This document shows positions 39,801 to 48,800 of a DNA stretch of 64,000 nucleotides, one piece after another. The stretch comes from a virus. Lineage: Duplodnaviria > Caudoviricetes. The notes under the pieces are model-generated. The model saw only the letters and a program-made list of their open reading frames with translations, searched no databases and was not told the origin of the DNA. Positions within the stretch are counted from its first letter, which is position 1. The number at the start of each line of letters is the position of its first letter. The DNA lies in IMG/VR virus record IMGVR_UViG_3300033068_000989, positions 32,163 to 96,162 of that record; one strand, 5' to 3'. A program made the translations under genes and the position numbers.

Positions 39801-42800
39801 AGACATTTTTTTCGCTTTAGAAGATCTGTAAATTTGTCCACCTTCCTCTCCTTTTTTAATACCAGAATTATCGTGAATCTCGATATAAGTAACTTTAGCT
39901 AAACTTCCTAAGTAAGTTCTTAAATTAACTAAATCATTAAAGGCTTTATTCTTTTTATATAGATTTAAAATAATATCAGCTCGTTCTGTATTTTTTGATT
40001 TACTTACAGCTTCTTCTATAGAAGAGTATTTAGTTATTTTTACCTTGTCACCAAAATTATACTTAGCTTCTTCCACTGTCATGCCAGATACATCGATATT
40101 ATTAGATGGATCCACAACTTCTATAACATAGAAGTCCCCAGAAAATTTATCAGCCCCTTTAGAAAAATTGTCTATAAATACTGATATTGTCGTAGGAATT
40201 GGTTTGCTAATAAGTTCTCCTGTTTCTTGATCCTCTATTTCTTCGCCTATAAAATTATCTATAGTTTCAATTAACTTATCTAATATAGCTAAATCAATTC
40301 TATTAAAACCCGATGACTTTTTAATTGCCAATAGACTCTCTCTTATTTGTGTAACATTATTTAAGTTATCTAAATCTATATAGTCATGTAGTAAGTCAGA
40401 TATAAATGTAATAGCATATTTAGGTAACACGAAACTTACTATTATATTATCAGAACCATATATAGGTATTAATGATAAATAATTCTTCACTTCTGTACTA
40501 AATGAATCAACAAAGTTAGATTCATCTGATTTTGAAATTTCATTATGTAGATTGCTTTCACCTTTATCTAGTTCAATGGAAGCCCAATTATTAAAAATAT
40601 ACCTAAGTACTTTTTGATACTCATTAGAAGTATTATTTGATAATATTTCTAGCACTTTAATTGTGTCATTATACCTATTATAAAGAGAAATTATCTTAGT
40701 TATTTCTGTAAATACAGAAATTCTTTCCCCTTTTAACGTTAGCAGCTCCTTCATAGACAAGCCATCCTCGTCTAATTTCCGATCTAGTTCTAATTTTGTA
40801 TTTTTCTTTTCTTCTAAAACATCCAATAAATCATCCACATTATTTATATTACTAAATCCTTCTTCTTTTAAAGTGTTCTTAAATTCTTTATCTAATGTGA
40901 CATAAAGATTATTTATATTTTTATGTGCAATCTTTTGGGCATCTTGAAAAGGTATAACAGATTCATCTGAATTTTGTGCTAAGTATATTTGTTTTTTAAC
41001 TTCAAATACAGCTTGATTAAATAGTTGTATTGAGTTACCGAATGATCTTTTTAACTCGTTAAGATTTTCGTATTTAACAGATATCTTATGCGAACCTGTA
41101 GAATCATCTACTGATTTATTTATTACGAATCTGTTTCTATCATTTAGACTAATTAGTATATTTTTAATATTTTCAATTACTTGTGTAAGTAACTCATTTT
41201 TTTCTTGTTCTGAATACTCATCATAATCTTTTATCTCATTAACGAATTGTTGTAAATCTTCATAGACATCCACCATACCAGGATGATTATTTTTTAAATA
41301 CGTGATCCCACTTAATGCAATTTCTAATAAAGTGCGTGAATCATCAGTTGTCTCAGATGCTGTCTCAGATGCTGTCTCAGATGCTGTCTCAGATGCTGTT
41401 TTCCTGGTAGCTTTGGATGTTGTTTTCCTGGTAGCTTTGGCTCTTTTTGTCTTTGCCTTTACTATTGGATTTTCTTCAGTCTTTGCTTCTTCTGTATATA
41501 AATCTTTTAAAGACGTAATTGCTAAATTATATAAATTCTCATTTTCTTTTTTACTAAATCCAAATAAATCTGCTATCGCTTTTATAACACTGGCAAACAA
41601 ATTACGTAAAAGTGATTTGCTTCTTACATTTATTTCTAATTCTTTTTTAGTAATTCTGTAATCTATTTGTTTTAATAAATCAATAAATTCTTTATTACTT
41701 AGATTGGCTATAAATTCTTCTTCAGTAAGTTCACCTACTGTGGTGGAGTATATATCTTCTAATGCTTTACCAGATACTTTAGGGGCAACTGCATCAAATA
41801 GCTTTTTAAGTTGCTTGATTCTTTCTACAAATTTTTTCTCTTGTGGAGTTCTTAATTTTTCTGGGACATCGAAAACTCTTATAGTTGCTGCATGTATTAA
41901 TTCATGTAATAATGTGGTAAGTTTATAATTTTTTCCTAGTATAACCACAGTTGTTCCGTCTTTCTTAATATACGTCACACCTGCCCCACGTGGAAATTTT
42001 TCAGATGTGTAAAATTGAACGTTTCCTATATGTGATAATATTACATCTGCTACTTCTTCCAATCCTTCCTTAGCGAATCGTTGTGGCGTAAGTTTTAACT
42101 CGCTTTTTCTATACCCAGATTTTGGTGAATCTTCTTTATTTTTCCATTTGTTCACATGTTTCTCTAGCTCTATTCCTAATTCTTCTAATGTCTGAGATTC
42201 ATCTGTACTTGGTGACGTACTTTTTTTAGTGGCTTTGCCAATTTTACCTACAATTAATTTAGGTGGGGTATAATGCGAGAAATAGGTTATAGTTTGTTCT
42301 TCTATTTTTCTCCTATTTTCAGAATCAGTCATATCTAGTGCAGATACAGACGGTCTTATATTTATTCTAAGAAAATGTCCATTATCTAATTTAATAGGCT
42401 GTCCAGGTAATATTTGACTAATTATGTCCGAAAGCATTTGTGAAGTAACAGGCACACTTTCAAAATTACTGAGAGCAACTTGTAACGCTTTAGCTTCTTC
42501 TGGATGCAAGTCTTCTAATCGTTTAATTAGTTTACTATTCTTACCTCTATATTTTCCAGTATCTGCGTGTTCCTCAAGTATTATTTTATTAACCGCTTCT
42601 TGTAATACTTTTACCATATTAACTCTCTTTCCATCTTTCTCGATAACAAGAGTTTCACTTATTTTATCTAGCCTTTCCTTATTACTCGGATTATCTATAG
42701 TTCTGCCTAGAACTATATCTCTAAATGCCATGTTTAGACCTCCTAACCAAGACATTTTTTTACCCACATGTGATCCAGTTGCACCATGAGTTAATGATAA

Positions 42801-45800
42801 TAATGATCTAGCTGTAGATTTTCTTTCAGACGTACCATCGTTATACGTAATTGTATAACTAGTATTTAATTCATACCCAAATAATTTATTAGATCCTGTA
42901 GATCTTGCTAATCTTGTCCAAGCTCTAGTAGTATTAGTGCCACCTATACCATGTATATATGTTTTAAAGTTTTCTATATCCGTGGTATTAGTAGAATTAT
43001 CTACTATTTCTATTTGTACCTTTATAAATTTATCATCTTTACCAATTTTTTTATCAAAATTAAAAGTATACCCCATATCTTTGTATAACTCCTCCACCTC
43101 ATCTATAGCTTCTTGAGTATTTTCTATAACCAGTGTTTTACTTTTAGCGGAATACAGTTGTTTTACTACTTTATCTAACGAGGTAATTAATTCGTCTAAA
43201 GTTTTTTCAGAAATATCTTTAGTAATAAAATCTATTTGTTTGTGCTCTAATAATTTTTTAACAATTTCTCTTACTCTTTTCCTATCTTTTAGTTGTAGGT
43301 TTATACCTTTTTCTTGTGTATGTATATACGCTAATTTAGCAAAGTCATCTATTATGTATGTATTTAGACGTTTGCCAGGATCCCCTAAAGTTAGTTGATA
43401 ACCTACTTTATTTGCTTTCTTTAGTTCACTATTATTAGTAAACAAACTTTCTAAATCATTGATATCCGCTAAGAAATCTCTTAGCGGTTGTATGGTTTTA
43501 TCATACCATCCGAACGTTCCATCACTATTTCTAGTATTGGCTAGATTTTGACTTAATAAAATCCATTGCGGAGCAGCATTAGGGGAATCTTGTCTATAGT
43601 CAGTTATTTCTAATGCAACATGTCCTATAACATTTTCATTAAATCCTCTTCTTCCTAATTCATTCTCTACAAAGTAGGTTCTAGTTATTACTACTGTCCG
43701 TACCTTAGAATAGTCAATTCCCTTTTTAGGATCATTATCTATATACATTTGGTACTTAGCTGGAGTGTATTTCCCAGTTTTAATATCTAAAATTTTCCTA
43801 TCTTCGTAGAAACTATTTAACCAATCTTCTAGTATATTGTCCATGGATGTTTCAACTGTATTTCCTTGGAAAAAATATACATAGTTAGCTTTAGATATAA
43901 ATTTACTTGACAATTCCGCCATAATTTGTTCACTTGGATTAGTGATAAACTCATTGAGTTTTTTACCTGGCACAAAATTTACGGTTTTAGCCTTAGACTC
44001 TCTTAAATAAGAGAATCTACCATTTAATTCCTCTGAAGTTAATACAGCTACTTCATAGTACCTACCCTCTAAATCTGGAGCAATGGCAATAATTTTAATA
44101 TTAAAACCATTCCTAGTATTATTTCTTTGCCTAATAATAGTAATCTTCAAATCATCGGTAGGTTTTCTACCTTTAGTAACTTTTTTAATATTAACATTAT
44201 TTACCTCCTTGAAAGATATGTTATTTTTGTTATTTAATATCTCATTACTAGGTATTTCTGGTGGTATAAATTCATTAGTATTAGGATCAAGTATTACATC
44301 ATCTACAGCATCTTCCCCTGTTCCTTCTTTTGCTTGTACTCTCTCTCCATCCTCGTCATCATATTCTTCTTCATCGTCAGTATATTCATCATCTTCTTCT
44401 TCTTCGTCAGTATATTCATCTGCTTTATCTTTCCCCTTTTCTTTTTTGCTGTCGCTTTTCTCTTTATTAGTTTCTTCTTTAATTTCTTTCTCTACTCCAA
44501 AATATCTTTCAGCAGAATTGGCTAACCCATCTAACATCATAGATTGCGCCACTGCTAAATGTTCTCTGACCTTATTACCAATGTCTAAACTACCATCTAC
44601 TTCTTGTTTATTAGTATTCACCGTTACTGCAGAAGGAGCTATACCTACAAATTCCCTTGCCCTACCAATTGCTGTATACATAGCTGTATTAAAGGCATTA
44701 GCAGAAAATATTTCTCCATTTATATCTTTACCATTATGCGACATTAAAATATATACCTCATCAACAGTTATACTTTGAGTATCGTAGTAAGTTAATACTT
44801 GGACATTAAGTTTATCCAAAGATAAATCAGTTTCTGCGCCTAATTTTTTTATAAATGCATCTCTTTCTTCCTCGGTGTTAACAACAACTACGGCTGTTCT
44901 AGTAGTCTTTCTTTTTGCTAAAAATTTAGGAAGATTGTCTGCTACTACTTGGATTACGCCTAAAGAAGAATCACTGTATTCTGATAAAGTAGAAATATCT
45001 GAAATAGTATCAATACTGTCAATAAACTCTGTATTATCTTTAAAACTCATTAAAGCATTTGTAATCGACTGTATATTAGATCTATAAATTGTATTAAGTG
45101 GGGATAATTGTACAAGACCTGTAGCGTTCCCTATAGACACTTCTCCATGCATACCGCCTCGAGCCATATCTGTTATTAAAATATGAGTATTGTCTTTTCT
45201 ATTCTGAGACATATCTCCTGCAAATATTACTTTAAGCTTGTTACTACCCTTTCTTTTACTATTGACACTAATGACTAATTTATTTACAGCGTCTATCTGT
45301 TTGTTAGACATTGCAAATGCCTCATCTACTATTAGTATATTTATTTCATCCAGATCAGATTCTGAAAGTTCTTCAATAGTTTTATTATTTACACGTGACG
45401 AATCTATATGCCTATTAATATTGTCTGCAGAAATTGAAGTGTGCCCTGTACCTAGTATGATATCAGTATTGTTATCACCATACATTTTAGCATATACCTT
45501 AGATATCAAGCCTAGTACAGTAGATTTGCCTGATCCTAATACTCCAGATAAAACTGCTGCATAACTCATATCATCTTCAGTGCCTATATCATTGGAGGAA
45601 AGAAACAAAATCGCATCTAAGATAGATACAAATTGTTGTTGTGATAGATTTATATTATTCTCACTGGTTATTTCTTCGATAGCTTTTTTAAATTCTACAA
45701 AAGAAAATCTAGTATTCATATTTTTTTGTAGAAGTTGGATACCTATCAAAGGTCTAAAAAAATCTAAAATTAATTTATTAATTGCGTCGGCTTCTTCTCG

Positions 45801-48800
45801 TGTAAGTATTTTTGCATCCACATCTTTGTTTAGTTTATTCAAAGCTTCAAGTGGATTATTGTGTGTTACAATCTGGTATAATGCAGTTCCTGGTAAACTT
45901 AATAAGTTAATAGCATCTTCTCTTTTTCTATTTTTAAAGATAAAATGTATGTGTGTTGAAATTAATCTGCTTACTTGTTTCCAAGGATTATCTAATATTG
46001 TTTCTAGGGATATTATTCGAGAATCAATTTTTACCCCTAGTTCGCTTTCTATCTGATCTAACAATCTACTTTTAAGATCTTCTAAAGCTTCTAGTAATTT
46101 AGTACGTAATTCTGAGTTATCATCAACATGAGAAAGTGCAGATGTTAAAAATCCTATCATATTAGGAAGAGATAATTGTTCTTTCTGATATTGTAATTCT
46201 TCAATAATATCAAAATCAGTATCTTCTAATAACTCAGAAAATATTTTTATTATCTCATTATCCTCATCTAAATCATCTACACCATGTATACCAAATACAT
46301 CAAATATTCCATGTACTCTGTAATCCTGGTACATCTGATTTGCAGCATCTATTTTTGCTATATTTCCTTTTACTTTTAGTTCAATGTATTCATACTTACT
46401 TAATAAATTATTTATTAATTCTAGCATTTCTTCCCTGAACTCATTACTTATATCAGTTCTTTTTTCATACGTAGTTTTAGCTCTACGTAAATATTGAACA
46501 GTTTTTTTCACTTGCTCTAAGTCCGTGAATAAATTAGCGGCTTCTTCCCTAAGAGGATTAATAGTCTCACCTCCAAATGCAAGTTCTGCTCTTTTAATTG
46601 GATCATCCTCTTGTCTAAATAATTGTGATAAAAAGTCTTCAAATAAATTTAAAATGCCTTGATCATGTTCATTAAACATTTCCATAAAGGCGTCTTTTAA
46701 ATCTACATTAATTGGATTACTTTTATACTTATTTATTTTATCAGAAGTTTTACTTAATTTTTCTTTAACAGTTTTAAGTATTATAATCTTATTATTTAAA
46801 TCTCTTAGTTGGTTACCTATGTCTTCTATATCCGCATATAATTTATCTAATTCTTTTTTAGCTTGAATGCTTTGTGCCATTTCCATAGTAGTGTCACTTG
46901 GTAAACTAACAGGATCTATACCAAGAATACTTTGAATGATATTTTCAACTCGTTGTGAAACAGTTTCAGATATAGGCGCTTCTTCTCCGTCCTCTATTAC
47001 CTCCACAGATCTACCTGCTAGTAACTCATAAAATATAGACAAGGCCTCTGGATCTGATTCGATACTTAAGTTGTTATCTATCTCTTTAGCTAAAGATCTT
47101 AACGTTAGAAGTATATCGCCTATTATATCCTCATCACCAATTTTTAAACTATTCCGAATATTGTTAAACGTATTCAATAAAGTAAAGATTGATAATCTCG
47201 TAAGCGGTTTACCGTTTTTCGTTTCTCTAAGTTGGTCAACAAATAACTCTAAAACATCATTAATATCATCAATATTATCTCTAACACTATTAGATGATAA
47301 AGCATCTATATCCGCCTTCAAAGTTTCAGAAAAATACGCCATGTCACCATATTCATCTATAAAAGCAAATATGCCTTTTTCAGGATCACTCTCATCTCTA
47401 AAATGTACACTGTATTTATATTCCATTGCTGCGGCAACAGATAACATACCTGCATTACGTGCGGATATACCAGGTTTAAACTTTTTATCATATACTCTTG
47501 CTGACCCCACTTTACGATATCTAGAATCCGCAGTATTGTATAAGTGATGTATCCTACCATCAACAACTTGGCTAATAGTTTTATAGTTTTCTAGCGCATT
47601 AGTTTCTTCCTGTATGTATAGCTTTTCTTTAAGTGCATCTAATATTTTATCTCTTTCTTCAACTATAGTCTTTCTTTCTTCCTCTGTTTTTGCTTCTTTT
47701 AACTTTACATCTGCTTCAGCTACGGCTTCCCAAGCTTTCCTTATTCCCTCTTCAGTTTCACTATGTCTTAGATGTTCTTTTCTAATCATTTCCATCGTAA
47801 CAGACTTATCCCCAAGTGATAAATCTTGCAGATGTTGATTTAATTCAATCAAGTCTTTATATCTTTCTTGTCGAACAGCCGACATTTTATTTAAAGCATC
47901 CTCGTCTATTTTTACACTATTTGCGTATGCTTGTAAATCAGGATCCACCTCTAGAAGTGTGTCTATACTATTCCCCACAAAAAATTCTGTCCTTAATAAA
48001 TCTATTTGTTCAGATTTTTTACGTGATATTTCATATTGACTTTGAAGATACTTCTCACGTTCTTCTTCAGTCATCATGTTAATTTCTTCTTCAGTTTTCT
48101 TTCCTAATGTTTCAGCAATACTATCTATTTTCTCAAATTTATTTTGTAGGTCTAGAACCATTTTTTTCAAAATGCCCTTGTTATTAGTAAATTCTACATC
48201 AGCATTTAACTCTTTCATAGCTTGTTCATTAAACGCAGGTAGATTGTCTAATATAATATCAAGTTCTTCACTACTAAAATTATGATTAGATAAGGTAGTT
48301 AGGTAATATGCAAATTCCATTAGGGCCATTTTCTTAACTCTAGCTACAGTTTCCATATCTCCAGCTAATAACGCTTTTTGTGCAAGCTCATTTAGTTCAA
48401 CAATATGCGTAATTCTTTTAGATGCTCTTGCAAATGCCTCTGGATCAATTGACAACTGGTTAGTACTTGGATCTATTAAGCTAGTTGTTACTATATTGTT
48501 ACCTTCGCTATCAGTAGTATTTATGTCAAATGTTCTAAATGGCTGCTTCATATCTTCTGCAGCTAGATTTTTTGCTAACTTAATATTACTAGCTATTCCT
48601 CTTGCTATCTCTCCATATGTGTTTATAAATTCCTGGGTCTGTTGATACTCTCTATGTGCATGATAAGCAGACATTGGTCCAGATATTCCTAAAGCTGCAA
48701 ACATTGCTTGAGATGCTTCGTCTTCTGGAGTACCTGCTTTAGTTTGTAAGAACGATGTATCTAGTTGGCCAAATGTCAACATGTTCATAGCAACTGCTGT

